From: a virus
Lineage: Duplodnaviria; Caudoviricetes
Direction: 5' to 3' (one strand)
DNA length: 64,000 nt
Virus record (IMG/VR): IMGVR_UViG_3300010352_001405
Coordinates: 32,001 to 96,000 of that record
Below the pieces are notes generated by a model, which worked only from the letters and a program-made list of their open reading frames with translations, was not told the origin of the DNA and did no database searches. This document shows positions 1 to 10,214 of the stretch, one piece after another; position 1 is the stretch's first letter; each line of letters starts with the position of its first letter. The translations under genes were made by a program, and so were the position numbers.

Positions 1-108
1 CATATTATTTCCAATAATATATTTAAATTTTTTATTTGTTAATAAATTCAGTGGAATTGATACATTAATGAATATTTATTTAATAAAAAATTCATATAAA
101 AATAAAAT

Positions 109-753
109 TTAAGAATTTTTTTTCAAAACACTTAACCATTTTTGATCTATTCTGTTCCAATATTCATGTCCCTCTGGTGTACTCCACCAATATATATAAT
201 CTATAAATCTTCTTGGTTTGATGTTATTTAAAATTTTCTCAAAATTATCATCGTTGATTTCTTTTCTGAATTGATCATATACATTATCAATATATCTTTT
301 ATAAATTTTATTGTCTACTAAAAATTTTTTGAACAAAGCATACGGGTCTAATTCATCCCAATTTTCTTCACCGTAAGGATCTATATCTTCATTTTTTTCG
401 TATATTCTGTTAATTTTTTTCAATTTAATCATCCATTTCACGTTCAATTTGGTCCAATAACTACCACCTTGATTAGTATTTTTCCAATAGAAAGCACCTC
501 TTATAAACTGTGTTGGATTTGCTTGCGTTAAATATTCATCTATATCGTTCCACCCGTTTGTTTTTAAATTATCTTTGTAATTTTCGAGTGATTTATGTTT
601 AGTTAGGAAATCTTTAAATTTATTTTCTATATCATCATCATCCCAATTTTCTTCACCGTAAGGATCTACATCAGAATGTTTATTAATTCTTTTTTTTCTA
701 AAAGGATTCCAATTGAAATCTTCGTTATATGTTTCAAAATTTATAATAATCAT
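109..753 (-). CDS. Hypothetical protein, two internally repeated domains each preceded by a DPYGEENW tag
   Basis: 214-aa ORF; DPYGEENWD occurs twice, each followed by a similar FK.FL...W..T..G..YW...KW domain. Confidence 0.8.
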   Translation of the reverse strand: MIIINFETYNEDFNWNPFRKKRINKHSDVDPYGEENWDDDDIENKFKDFLTKHKSLENYKDNLKTNGWNDIDEYLTQANPTQFIRGAFYWKNTNQGGSYWTKLNVKWMIKLKKINRIYEKNEDIDPYGEENWDELDPYALFKKFLVDNKIYKRYIDNVYDQFRKEINDDNFEKILNNIKPRRFIDYIYWWSTPEGHEYWNRIDQKWLSVLKKNS

Positions 754-754
754 T

Positions 755-1588
755 TTATTTCCAGTATGGTAAGTTTTCCCAATATTTTTTGTCCAATTTA
801 GTTAATGGTTTTTCTTTTTTATTTTTATCACCAAAATTAATTGGTTTCACTTTATCTCCTTCTCTTGCCAGAACTCTATATTTATGTTTTCCTTTTCCTA
901 TGAATCTTTTTGGATAATTGAAATTTGGATATATTTCGTTTCTATATTTAACATTAGTTGGATTTATTTCAACATCTTTTAGTTTTCCTTCGGTGATTAT
1001 ATTTTCACCGGATTTGATTTTCTTAGAAAACTTATTCCATATTAATTTAATAATATTTTTTGTTGTCATGGTGATAATACCGGCACTTATACTCATACCA
1101 CAACCAATTATTTCATCCATTGACATTAATTGATTATGTATAATATCATTTATGGCTAACATAAATGGTGCTAATATCGCAGTATATGAAAATGTATCAG
1201 TTAGAAACTCGATGGAATTAAATTTCATAAGAAATTCATATATGTTTTTAAAAGATTTAATTGATTTTATGAAATAATTTATAATATCAGATAAATTATT
1301 TTCTTTAATATATTTTTTAAGTTCTTCTGTCTGAGTATCTTTAAAAACAACACAAAATGCTGATATAATACTCAATATGATAGTTTCTTCTGTTATTGGA
1401 GCATTAAAATTTTGATTTTTTATTATATGATTTGCTATTGGTATGTAGGCTGCGATAGCTGTTCCAAATGTCATGACGAAAATTATATTTAAGTTAAATT
1501 CTTTGGCCAAATTTTTTATTAATTCGTTATTTTTCTTTATCAAAAAATCCTCATTAATAAAATTATCATATTTTAGCACATTATTCAT
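755..1588 (-). CDS. Hypothetical membrane protein with leader motif
   Basis: 277-aa ORF, several hydrophobic segments, N-terminus LKYDNFINE. Confidence 0.7.
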   Translation of the reverse strand: MNNVLKYDNFINEDFLIKKNNELIKNLAKEFNLNIIFVMTFGTAIAAYIPIANHIIKNQNFNAPITEETIILSIISAFCVVFKDTQTEELKKYIKENNLSDIINYFIKSIKSFKNIYEFLMKFNSIEFLTDTFSYTAILAPFMLAINDIIHNQLMSMDEIIGCGMSISAGIITMTTKNIIKLIWNKFSKKIKSGENIITEGKLKDVEINPTNVKYRNEIYPNFNYPKRFIGKGKHKYRVLAREGDKVKPINFGDKNKKEKPLTKLDKKYWENLPYWK

Positions 1589-1589
1589 A

Positions 1590-2273
1590 TTAATTATTTA
1601 TTTTATCGTCATCTTCAACTATATTATCTAAATAATTTGTTAAGAAATTTTCAACATTATAACAATTAAATTTTTTAGATGTAACAATCAAATTTCTAAT
1701 TTTATTTATAAAATACTCGTCTTTAATAATATAATTGGGTAGGGGTTTAATCATTTTTTCAAAATCTTGAATCGCACTAGTTTCTTGATTTTTTGTCATT
1801 CTTTGAATCATAACTTTACACATGATATCTAATAGATGTTTTAGTTTATCGAATTTCAAAGATTCATTATTCATTATGTAATCTTGTTCAATGTCGTTTA
1901 TATTATCTTTGGCATTGAAATTTATTTTAACATATTTGATATATTTATTAACAATATCTTTAGCACATTGTTGTGTATCTTTACAACTATCGACCATATG
2001 TTTTATTTCTTGGGATTTATTGTTGCCCAGTCTGAAGAATGATTCAGCTACTTTTTCTATATCGCTATCTTCAGCATTTTTATTTTTCTTTAGAATGATG
2101 GGTTTTAAAATAATTTTCATGTGTTCTTGAACTTCTTGAAATTTATTTTCTTTTTTTGCGTATTCTAGATTATTAGTAACATCATCATCACCAAGACCAA
2201 CACTTTGTTTATTCATAGGCCATTCTTGAGTATACGTTCCATTATACTCAAAAAATTTCATTATTCTTCCCAT
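1590..2273 (-). CDS. Hypothetical protein
   Basis: 227-aa ORF tightly packed with its neighbours. Confidence 0.7.
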   Translation of the reverse strand: MGRIMKFFEYNGTYTQEWPMNKQSVGLGDDDVTNNLEYAKKENKFQEVQEHMKIILKPIILKKNKNAEDSDIEKVAESFFRLGNNKSQEIKHMVDSCKDTQQCAKDIVNKYIKYVKINFNAKDNINDIEQDYIMNNESLKFDKLKHLLDIMCKVMIQRMTKNQETSAIQDFEKMIKPLPNYIIKDEYFINKIRNLIVTSKKFNCYNVENFLTNYLDNIVEDDDKINN

Positions 2274-2320
2274 TATTTATATTATTGTTTTTATTATATA
2301 TATAAAAAATAATTTTAAAT

Positions 2321-2332
2321 TTTTAATATATA
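2321..2332 (+). promoter_or_regulatory. Putative phage late-type promoter motif TTTTAATATATA
   Basis: Same or near-identical motif lies within about 40 nt upstream of starts at 2321(+), 5965(-), 8151(+), 12300(-), 16568(-), 34210(+), 44999(-), 45032(+), 49331(-) and 61218(+); analogous to the T4 late TATAAATA; AT-rich background is a caveat. Confidence 0.55.
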
Positions 2333-2352
2333 TAAAAAAATATAGCATTATT

Positions 2353-2967
2353 ATGATAAAGAAATTTAATTTGTTCGAAGAAATTTTTATTAGGCCAAAA
2401 GAAATTGATCCAACAAAACCTAGTATATTATATATCAATGGATCTAGACCATTGCTCAAAGAAGATGGTTCTTTAAATGTAAATAGAAGAAGTCAACTTA
2501 TTTATAATAGATTATCGCAATTTGGAGATAATGTTATCTATCCTTCTGTTTATTGGAAAGGTGGTGAAATGATATTTGATGAGATGATTGAAATTGTTGA
2601 AAATAACAATATTAAAGCGATTGTTGGTAATTCAGCCGGGGGTTATGTATCATTTTATTTATCTAATGGATATAATATTCCGTCTATGTCTATAAATCCA
2701 GCGATGGCATCTACAAGTGAAGCTCCCACATTACAGTCAGTTCCGTCTAATATTAAAAATAGTCCATTGAATTCAAAACAATTGATCGTTATTGGTGATA
2801 AAGATACTAAGGCTGATAGGGGAGTAGATGGTTCTTTGGTTATGAAAGATTTGAAAAATATGGGTTTTGGCGGTGAAATTCTAATTTTAGAAAACACTTA
2901 TCATAGATTAAGTAACGAACAATTTGATGAAACTTTTAAATATTTTTATAAAAAATATATAAGATAA
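2353..2967 (+). CDS. Alpha/beta hydrolase (YqiA/YcfP-like esterase)
   Basis: Nucleophile elbow GNSAGG, INPA motif, downstream D (GDKD) and H (TYHRL). Confidence 0.75.
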   Translation: MIKKFNLFEEIFIRPKEIDPTKPSILYINGSRPLLKEDGSLNVNRRSQLIYNRLSQFGDNVIYPSVYWKGGEMIFDEMIEIVENNNIKAIVGNSAGGYVSFYLSNGYNIPSMSINPAMASTSEAPTLQSVPSNIKNSPLNSKQLIVIGDKDTKADRGVDGSLVMKDLKNMGFGGEILILENTYHRLSNEQFDETFKYFYKKYIR

Positions 2968-2968
2968 T

Positions 2969-3313
2969 ATGGAAAAGACTTTCAATGGATTTCTTAATAT
3001 AAAAAATTCGGATAATGTATTTATAAAAGAGTCAAATTATCCAAGAAGGAATATTTCAGAAGGAGATATGATCGTTGTTACTAAAAAAGGAAAATATTTC
3101 AATCAAACAGGAGTCGTTATATACGTATATGATGAAAATGATAGATCAATATTAGTAAATGATATTGATGTTAAATTAGATTATATCGATAAAGAAATTC
3201 CATTTCAATTCTATGATGTTGAAAAATTAGATGTGATTAAAAGAAATACAGATGTGGACCCTTATGGTGAAGAAGATTGGAGAGAATCACCGTACGAAAA
3301 ATATATAATATAA
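2969..3313 (+). CDS. KOW/SH3-like small protein with DPYGEEDW tag
   Basis: EGDMIVVTKKGKYFNQTGVV KOW-like pattern; DVDPYGEEDW near the C-terminus. Confidence 0.7.
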   Translation: MEKTFNGFLNIKNSDNVFIKESNYPRRNISEGDMIVVTKKGKYFNQTGVVIYVYDENDRSILVNDIDVKLDYIDKEIPFQFYDVEKLDVIKRNTDVDPYGEEDWRESPYEKYII

Positions 3314-3316
3314 TTA

Positions 3317-4030
3317 ATGATAAAATACAACGATTTTATAAATGAAAATATAATTAAACTAGATGGGCGTCATGGATTTTTTATGTTTCTTAAACTTATT
3401 GACGATTTAAAATTTAATTTTATTAAAACTAATCATTATTTCAATGTTGGAAAATATCTTATTTTTTTTACAACAGAAAATATTAAAAATAAAGATAAAT
3501 TTTATGACTTTTTTAGAGATTGTCTTTCAATTAAAATAACTTGTGATACAGCAATCAATTTAAAAGATAAAAGAATATCATTTTATTTTGGTGTTAAAGA
3601 TAATAAATTAGAATACGGTTTTCAAGACGATTCGAATAGAGATATTTATAAAACAGGTGAGTTTGAAGTTGATTACAAATATGTAAGATCTTTAAGATCA
3701 TATAAATGTTTAGTATTAATTGAAAATTTGCTTAAAAATTTCAATATGAAAAATTTGACTTTATTGCATGAAATCAAATTAAATCTAAAGAATTGGTATG
3801 AAGGAGATGGAAAGATAATTATTATTAGTGATGATGTTTTGAAAAAAACTATAAGTAAAGACATTTTAAAGGAAGAATTAAAAGATGTTAATGGATTATT
3901 GCGTAAGTATGAGAATTGGTGTGAAAAATTTAAATGGGTTAATAAAGTTTTTTATTATATAGATAATGATGATGAAGATAACGTAACTTTTTATATTAAA
4001 ATTAAACCAAAAATGAAAAATGATGAATAA
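3317..4030 (+). CDS. Hypothetical protein with leader motif
   Basis: 237-aa ORF starting MIKYNDFINE. Confidence 0.7.
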   Translation: MIKYNDFINENIIKLDGRHGFFMFLKLIDDLKFNFIKTNHYFNVGKYLIFFTTENIKNKDKFYDFFRDCLSIKITCDTAINLKDKRISFYFGVKDNKLEYGFQDDSNRDIYKTGEFEVDYKYVRSLRSYKCLVLIENLLKNFNMKNLTLLHEIKLNLKNWYEGDGKIIIISDDVLKKTISKDILKEELKDVNGLLRKYENWCEKFKWVNKVFYYIDNDDEDNVTFYIKIKPKMKNDE

Positions 4031-4367
4031 TATTAAAAAATATTCTACTTTTAATGAAGATTTTCGTCGAGGAAATTATTATAGAATTATATTAAATGAA
4101 ATACACATCTATATTGATGAATTTATAAAAACTTTTAAAGATAAATACAAGTTAGATTGTTGGTTTTTATATAATAATAAAGATGGTGTATCGCTTGAAT
4201 ATTTTCAATCGTCAGACGACAGTGCTGAAAATATTACTAATGTTAAAAAATTCATGTTTGAAAAAGCTCCTTATTTTAGAGATGTAATTATACACAGAGA
4301 TGATCATAGAATTATTTTAAAATTCTTTGATCCAGGAGAACCTATAAAATTTAAATTTTTTCATTGA
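4020..4367 (+). CDS. Hypothetical protein with leader motif
   Basis: 115-aa ORF, IKKYSTFNE. Confidence 0.65.
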   Translation: MMNNIKKYSTFNEDFRRGNYYRIILNEIHIYIDEFIKTFKDKYKLDCWFLYNNKDGVSLEYFQSSDDSAENITNVKKFMFEKAPYFRDVIIHRDDHRIILKFFDPGEPIKFKFFH

Positions 4368-4436
4368 AAATTGTTTCGTTTAGAATCCGAAAATATAACT
4401 TATAAATAAAAAACTTTTTCAGTTTATACATGATTG

Positions 4437-4498
4437 ATTTAATTGTTCAAATATTCTAAAATTCTTTATCATTTTATATTTTTAAATCTTTTATTTTT
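4437..4498. repeat. Direct repeat (about 62 bp, 2 mismatches) flanking the LRR gene; second copy at 5125-5186
   Basis: atttaattgttcaaatatt(c/t)taaaattctttatcattttatattttta(a/t)atcttttattttt at both positions. Confidence 0.85.
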
Positions 4499-5160
4499 AA
4501 TGATTTTAAATAATTTTTATATTCTTGGGTGAATCTATTATTAGAACATTTTAAATATCTTAAATTCGTTAAACTTTCAATCCCTTCTAAATTGGTTAAT
4601 TGATTATTAAAACAAATTAATTGTCTTAAATTCGTTAAATTTTCAATTCCGTATAGATCTGTTAATTGATTATTATAGCAATATAACACTTTTAAATCCG
4701 TTAAATGTTCAATTCCTTCTAAACCGATTAATCGATTATGATAACAATGTAAATAACTTAAATTAGTTAATTGTTCAATTCCTTCTAAACTAGTTAATTG
4801 ATTATTAGAACAATGTAAATATCTTAAATTAGTTAAATGTTCAATTCCTTCTAAACTAGTTAATCGATTATAAGAACAATATAATTCTCTTAAATTCGTT
4901 AAATGTTCAATACCATTTAAATTAGTTAATTGATTATTAGAACAATATAATATCTCTAAATTCGTTAAATATTCAATTCCTTCTAAACTAGTTAATCCTT
5001 TATTACAACAATCTAAATATGTTATTTTATCTAATGGTATATTTTGTTTTTTAGCGATAGTTATTATCGGAGTATCATTATCATCGTTCCAGTCTTCTTC
5101 ACCATAAGGATCAATATCTGATATATTTAATTGTTCAAATATTTTAAAATTCTTTATCAT
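4474..5160 (-). CDS. Leucine-rich repeat protein (22-aa internalin/SDS22-like repeats) with leader and DPYGEEDW tag
   Basis: About 8 repeats of L..L.CSNNQLTSLEGIE.LTNL; 66-bp periodicity in the DNA. Confidence 0.9.
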   Translation of the reverse strand: MIKNFKIFEQLNISDIDPYGEEDWNDDNDTPIITIAKKQNIPLDKITYLDCCNKGLTSLEGIEYLTNLEILYCSNNQLTNLNGIEHLTNLRELYCSYNRLTSLEGIEHLTNLRYLHCSNNQLTSLEGIEQLTNLSYLHCYHNRLIGLEGIEHLTDLKVLYCYNNQLTDLYGIENLTNLRQLICFNNQLTNLEGIESLTNLRYLKCSNNRFTQEYKNYLKSLKIKDLKI

Positions 5161-5185
5161 TTTATATTTTTATATCTTTTATTTT

Positions 5186-5563
5186 TTAATCATCCCAATT
5201 TTCTTCACCGTAAGGATCGTATTCCATGTGTTTCAATCTGATCAATTCCATTTTTTCTTTATATTTTCTATATTCATCTTCATCTTCATCATATGGGATT
5301 AATAATTCTTCAAAAATCCAATACCGCGAAATTTTAGCAATTCGGCAATTTTTAAAATCAACTTGATACATTGTTCCTCTTTTCATGATGCGATTTAATT
5401 CACCTATACCACCAGTTAAATTCATACCAATAATAGTTCCATCCCATCCATTCACATCAAACTGATCTTGTCTTCCTTTTTTACAAATCACTCTATCACC
5501 TATATTAAATGAATGATCTTTACTATTTTCTTCTATTTTAATAAATTTATTATAAGTTTTCAT
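5186..5563 (-). CDS. SH3/KOW-like small protein with C-terminal DPYGEENWDD
   Basis: FNIGDRVIC motif; N-terminus MKTYNKFIKIEE. Confidence 0.75.
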   Translation of the reverse strand: MKTYNKFIKIEENSKDHSFNIGDRVICKKGRQDQFDVNGWDGTIIGMNLTGGIGELNRIMKRGTMYQVDFKNCRIAKISRYWIFEELLIPYDEDEDEYRKYKEKMELIRLKHMEYDPYGEENWDD

Positions 5564-5566
5564 ATA

Positions 5567-5959
5567 TTAATCTTCCCATTCTTCTTCACCATAAGGATCT
5601 AAATCTTTATCATATTCTTTTATTTTACGTGGTTCTTTCAAATAAGTAATTACTGTCGAACTAGGATCTACTTCAAATATACTCATTATTTCTTCGTTTT
5701 TATTTTTTATTACAAAAAGTATAGAAAAATAATGATCGAATTGTGTAATTACTTCAATTTTAACAACTAATCCCTTTATTTTATTCTTTGTTTGAAATTG
5801 TTCAAATTCACATAAATTATTTAAAAATAATTTTTTTAATTTTTTTTCAAAACCATTTGTATCGAAATATTCATCATATGAAAAAGAACAACCAATATCA
5901 TTTAATGAATAAATTTCAACAATATTTTCATTTTCAAATAATTTAAATTTTGTTATCAT
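5567..5959 (-). CDS. Hypothetical protein with C-terminal DPYGEEEWED
   Basis: 130-aa ORF, N-terminus MITKFKLFE. Confidence 0.75.
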   Translation of the reverse strand: MITKFKLFENENIVEIYSLNDIGCSFSYDEYFDTNGFEKKLKKLFLNNLCEFEQFQTKNKIKGLVVKIEVITQFDHYFSILFVIKNKNEEIMSIFEVDPSSTVITYLKEPRKIKEYDKDLDPYGEEEWED

Positions 5960-6054
5960 ATACCTATATATTAAAACTTAAATATAAAAATCGTTTTTTT
6001 TTCTTTTAAAAAACATATCATTTATTTCACAATACAATATAAAAAAATATTTCT

Positions 6055-6339
6055 ATGGAAAAATCATTTGGTTCGTCTGGTAAATCGGGATGTATGATTC
6101 ATGCTGATTGGGGTGGATATGGATATGATATTGAATGTGATGAAAATTATCCGAATTTTTTAAAAGATATAATTACATTTAGAAATATATCATATAGAAA
6201 AGAATGGATGAATGCATTGGAACATAATGCTTACGGTGATAATGCAGAAGAAAGATATAATAGAGAATTGTTTTTCAATATATGTGAAAATTTTCCATTA
6301 ATCGGTCTAATGAAAAATAAAGATAAGAAAAATAATTAG
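6055..6339 (+). CDS. Hypothetical protein
   Basis: 94-aa ORF in an otherwise empty gap. Confidence 0.55.
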   Translation: MEKSFGSSGKSGCMIHADWGGYGYDIECDENYPNFLKDIITFRNISYRKEWMNALEHNAYGDNAEERYNRELFFNICENFPLIGLMKNKDKKNN

Positions 6340-6382
6340 TTAAATAATTTTTTAATATCATCTGATATAGAAACCTTGTATA

Positions 6383-8098
6383 TTATTTTTTATAAACATA
6401 TTTTAAACTACCAGAATCATATATCCGAAATATTTTTCTTTCTAACATTATTTCGTGTTCAGTTTTATTTGAGTCAAATCCTTCTCTAACCAATTTATCT
6501 TTTCTAAAATTAAATCTATATCTCCTTACGCCATCAACGATATAATAATAATTTGGTTGAGTATTAGAAACCAAATTAAAACCTAATTTTTCGTATAAAT
6601 TGCCGATAGACCAACTTCTATCAGCGTAGCTAATAACCTCATTTGGTTTGTAATTATTAATAAAATATTTAAATATGCGACTAGCACCACCAACTACGTT
6701 TGTACTTAATTTATTACAAAATCTCAACATTTCGTATGACCCTTCTGTTGTTCTTTGGCCCAATGCTTTTCTTTGAGAACCGAAAGTCATTAAAGAAACA
6801 AGTTCTTCTTTATAGAAAAGACCAATTTTTATTTTAGAACCTAAAAATCCTTGAATATGATTCTCTTCAAGGAAATCTTTAATTAATTTATTATCAGATA
6901 TTTCTCTTATTTCGCATTTTCTAGCAAACAATCTATTTGATTTTCCAAGTAGATTTAATATTCTAGATTTAATTATATCTCGTTTAAATAACCAATCGTC
7001 TTCGTATATTTGTATGAGTTTGATTCCTATTTTTTCACAAGATTCTGTTTTTTCTCTATGGTAATTATTTGGAATATTAAATTCACTATGCCAAAAAAGT
7101 CCATTAAATTCAAAGGCCAATTTTAAATCCGGTAAATATATGTCAATCTCTTTACCCACGATTTTTCTATTGTTTAATATAATATTATTATTATAATTTT
7201 TTTTTATAAATTCTTGTAATTGTAATTCATATCCGCTATTTGAGTAAGATGATATTGGATAACAAATAGTACATAATTTTGTTTTAAGTTTGATTCTATT
7301 TTTAAATGTATTATAGTCAATTTTATAAACATGTCCCTTATCACACATCAATTTCAATATTTTTTTAGAAATATCATATTCAATGATATCATAATTGTTA
7401 TATTTTTTTATAAAATTTAGTCTTCTAGTTTCAATATTTTTATTTAATATTTTTTTATTCTGCATTGGATTTTCATAACCATATCTATCCAAATTAGTTC
7501 GTTTTATTTTTTCTTTATTTTTTAATCCATTATCAAAACCATTTTTTTCTAAGTTGGTTTTTTTAATCTGTTCTTTCATTTCATAGTTTTGTATTGGATA
7601 TTCGACTCCGTATAATTCCATCATAGTCTTTTTTCCTTTATCGTAGAATTCTTTGTTTTGTAATACAGATTTATTACCATATTTTTTTAAATTGGTTTTT
7701 TCTTGTTTATCTTTATATTCCTGCAACTGAGAAGAATGTTCAACTCCATATCTTTCTAAATTAGTTTTCACTATTTTATCTTTAATAATTTGATTTTGTT
7801 GTGGATAAATAGATCCATATTTCTCTAAATTGGTTTTCTCCCACTTTTCTTTAGAACATTTTTGACAATAATACTTCTCAGCACAACCACTAGTAATTTT
7901 ATAATATGTTCTATACTCCATATTCTTCTCTTTTCCACATATATCACAAGAAGTTAATATCAAAACATGACTACCTTTCATTAATTGTTCTGGTCTTATA
8001 GATATAACGTCTTTTATTTTTAAATTATTATAAAATTTACTATACTCCTTAATATTCAACGAATTTATAACAACATTAACTCTTTCACTCAGTATCAT
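6383..8098 (-). CDS. Putative homing endonuclease (Zn ribbon, KTNLEKYG repeats, Vsr/PD-(D/E)XK-like domain, C-terminal YADRSWS domain)
   Basis: CDICG, repeated KTNL.KYG, EIDIYLPDLKLAFEFNGLFWH, IQIYEDDW; paralog at 46052. Confidence 0.75.
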   Translation of the reverse strand: MILSERVNVVINSLNIKEYSKFYNNLKIKDVISIRPEQLMKGSHVLILTSCDICGKEKNMEYRTYYKITSGCAEKYYCQKCSKEKWEKTNLEKYGSIYPQQNQIIKDKIVKTNLERYGVEHSSQLQEYKDKQEKTNLKKYGNKSVLQNKEFYDKGKKTMMELYGVEYPIQNYEMKEQIKKTNLEKNGFDNGLKNKEKIKRTNLDRYGYENPMQNKKILNKNIETRRLNFIKKYNNYDIIEYDISKKILKLMCDKGHVYKIDYNTFKNRIKLKTKLCTICYPISSYSNSGYELQLQEFIKKNYNNNIILNNRKIVGKEIDIYLPDLKLAFEFNGLFWHSEFNIPNNYHREKTESCEKIGIKLIQIYEDDWLFKRDIIKSRILNLLGKSNRLFARKCEIREISDNKLIKDFLEENHIQGFLGSKIKIGLFYKEELVSLMTFGSQRKALGQRTTEGSYEMLRFCNKLSTNVVGGASRIFKYFINNYKPNEVISYADRSWSIGNLYEKLGFNLVSNTQPNYYYIVDGVRRYRFNFRKDKLVREGFDSNKTEHEIMLERKIFRIYDSGSLKYVYKK

Positions 8099-8180
8099 AC
8101 ATTAAAGAAATTGTTTTTCCTTTTATATATTATTCATTCGAAATAGTTTATTTTAATATATACAAATAAAAAGTCATTAA

Positions 8181-8882
8181 ATGAGAATATCATCACAAAA
8201 TAATCAATTTATTTTTCAACTACCGGTAGATTTCATTTCTCCTTATTTATATGAAAAGTTTCAAATATTTCTGGATAATAATAGAATGCCATATGATAAT
8301 GTTTTAGACTATATTAACTCGACAATTAAAGAATTAGTATTTCCAAGTGTTTCATATGAGAATGTTACTCAAAGATTATATGGTGGTAAAACCGTAGATT
8401 ATAAATCAGCGAAAAATATATTTGATACTTTTCAACACGATTTAGATATAACTTTTAAGAGCGTGGATTCGCACACAAATTTTTTCATGATGCAAGAAAT
8501 ATTAGATGAATTTTATTTGAATACTCGAAAACCATACGTACCATATTTCACATTATCGATTCTGGATAAAAATGGTGATCTTATTTATACTGTTATTTTT
8601 AAAAATATTTTATTGAAATCACAAGGTGAAATTAGATTACAATATCAGAAACAGGATTTCGGGGAGAACACATTTAGTTTGACATTTTCATATAACTTTT
8701 TAGACATCCTTTGGGAAATTAGAAATCTTCCAACAGATTCACCGATTAGTGTTTTTGATCTCCCATTGGGGAATGGATACTGGGAAAAAAGAGATCGCGG
8801 TGAGAAGGATATTAGAGATAATCCTTTAAATAAAGAAAGAAGAACACCGAAAATATATCCTGACGAAATGTCGGAATATTAA
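8181..8882 (+). CDS. Tail tube-like (gp19/gp54/gp3-fold) structural protein
   Basis: Pattern ELVFPSVS...LDITF...LSILDKNG...IFKNI...FSLTFSY typical of tube-fold proteins; late-type motif upstream. Confidence 0.5.
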   Translation: MRISSQNNQFIFQLPVDFISPYLYEKFQIFLDNNRMPYDNVLDYINSTIKELVFPSVSYENVTQRLYGGKTVDYKSAKNIFDTFQHDLDITFKSVDSHTNFFMMQEILDEFYLNTRKPYVPYFTLSILDKNGDLIYTVIFKNILLKSQGEIRLQYQKQDFGENTFSLTFSYNFLDILWEIRNLPTDSPISVFDLPLGNGYWEKRDRGEKDIRDNPLNKERRTPKIYPDEMSEY

Positions 8883-8938
8883 TTTTTTTTAAACTTATAA
8901 TTTTTTTATAAATATAACCTCTATCAAACTAAAAAAAT

Positions 8939-10108
8939 ATGATAGACAATAACACTATTGAAGCTGAAGTCGAAGTACCATTCGACGTATTATTTGAAAA
9001 ACTAAAAAACGAAAACAAAGTTTTCAAATTAAAAAACAAAAATTTTAAATCTTCCTTAAACGAAGACTATTTAAAATTCATCGACAAATTAGAATCATCT
9101 AATAATAAATTTAAAGAGATCGAAGAAGGTGAAGTAGTCAACGGTAAAATTATTAAAATTGATGATAGAGAATTAATCATTGATATCAATTTTAAAGATA
9201 ATGTATACGTGGAAACACGTTCTATTGACCAAAGCGTTTTAGAAAATCTAAACGTGGGTGATAATTTAGAAGTTCTAATAGTAAAAGTTAGCGATGACCC
9301 ATATTTTATACGTGGTTCAATAACCGAATTACTTAGAATGAATATATCAAATGTAGTTAAGGAACATTATAATGAAAATAATTTCTTGATGGCTAACGTT
9401 TTGGAATCTCAACCGGCTGGATATATATTAGATCTAGAAGTGGATGGACAAATCGCCGATGCTTTTATGCCAAATACTCTAGCTGGTGTAAATAAACTTC
9501 ATGATCCTAGTTTATTGGTGGGTAAGAAAATAGAGGTTATGATAGAAACGCTAGAACAAGACAAAGGTATTTATGTCGTAAGTCGTAAAAAATATTTAGA
9601 AACTTTGATTCCTGAAAGAGTTAAACAATTAAGAAAGGAATGGAACAAAGATAAAACTAAAATTTACGAAGGACATATAACTGGAACAACTCCTTTTGGT
9701 GCTTTTGTTGAATTCTGTGATTATTTAACTGGAATGATCCATAGATATAACGTGAATAAAGAATGGCAATCAGATGAGAAATGGACTAGTCTGAAACCTG
9801 GAATGTACGTCAATTTTTATATTAAAGATATTATTATCAAGAAAAATAAAGTCATTCTAACACAGATTCTAAGAGAATCTCTTTGGGATAATATTAAAAT
9901 AGACGATGTTATAAATGGTAAAGTTATAATGATTAAACCATTTGGTGCACTTATTCAATTAGATGATGAAACCAACGGATTAATTCAGAACACTTATCTT
10001 CAAAAAAATAAGATCGATTTAAAAGTCGGCCAAGATGTTGAAGTGAAAGTGACTAGTATAATGAAAGACGAAAGAAAAATAAATCTATCATTAATTGGAA
10101 TTATGTAA
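8939..10108 (+). CDS. rpsA: Ribosomal protein S1-like protein (about four S1 OB domains)
   Basis: EEGEVVNGKIIKI, YVVSRK, GHITGTTPFGAFVEF..LTGMIH, GKVIMIKPFGALIQL...GQDVEVKV...RKINLSL. Confidence 0.85.
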   Translation: MIDNNTIEAEVEVPFDVLFEKLKNENKVFKLKNKNFKSSLNEDYLKFIDKLESSNNKFKEIEEGEVVNGKIIKIDDRELIIDINFKDNVYVETRSIDQSVLENLNVGDNLEVLIVKVSDDPYFIRGSITELLRMNISNVVKEHYNENNFLMANVLESQPAGYILDLEVDGQIADAFMPNTLAGVNKLHDPSLLVGKKIEVMIETLEQDKGIYVVSRKKYLETLIPERVKQLRKEWNKDKTKIYEGHITGTTPFGAFVEFCDYLTGMIHRYNVNKEWQSDEKWTSLKPGMYVNFYIKDIIIKKNKVILTQILRESLWDNIKIDDVINGKVIMIKPFGALIQLDDETNGLIQNTYLQKNKIDLKVGQDVEVKVTSIMKDERKINLSLIGIM

Positions 10109-10126
10109 TATTATATATTAATATAT

Positions 10127-10162
10127 AAAAAAATGATAGTTTTATAGACTATCATTTTTTTT
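10127..10162 (+). terminator. Intrinsic terminator hairpin after the S1 gene
   Basis: aaaaaatgatagt-loop-actatcatttttt followed by a T run. Confidence 0.7.
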
Positions 10163-10178
10163 ATAGAAATTAATTTGT

Positions 10179-10186
10179 TAATTTTG
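10179..10186 (+). promoter_or_regulatory. Bacteroidota-type -7 promoter element TAnnTTTG
   Basis: TAATTTTG here; also TACTTTTG at 19561, TATATTTG at 23209, TAATTTTG at 26686 and TAAATTTG at 49374, each about 25-45 nt before an operon start. Confidence 0.55.
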
Positions 10187-10214
10187 CGTGTCATAAAAAA
10201 TAAAATAATCTATA

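Noticed and set aside
358-5599. CRISPR array or DNA repeat element from the recurring cca...ttcttcacc..a.ggatc sequence
   Set aside because: Irregular spacing, always in frame within ORFs, synonymous variation, and no cas genes
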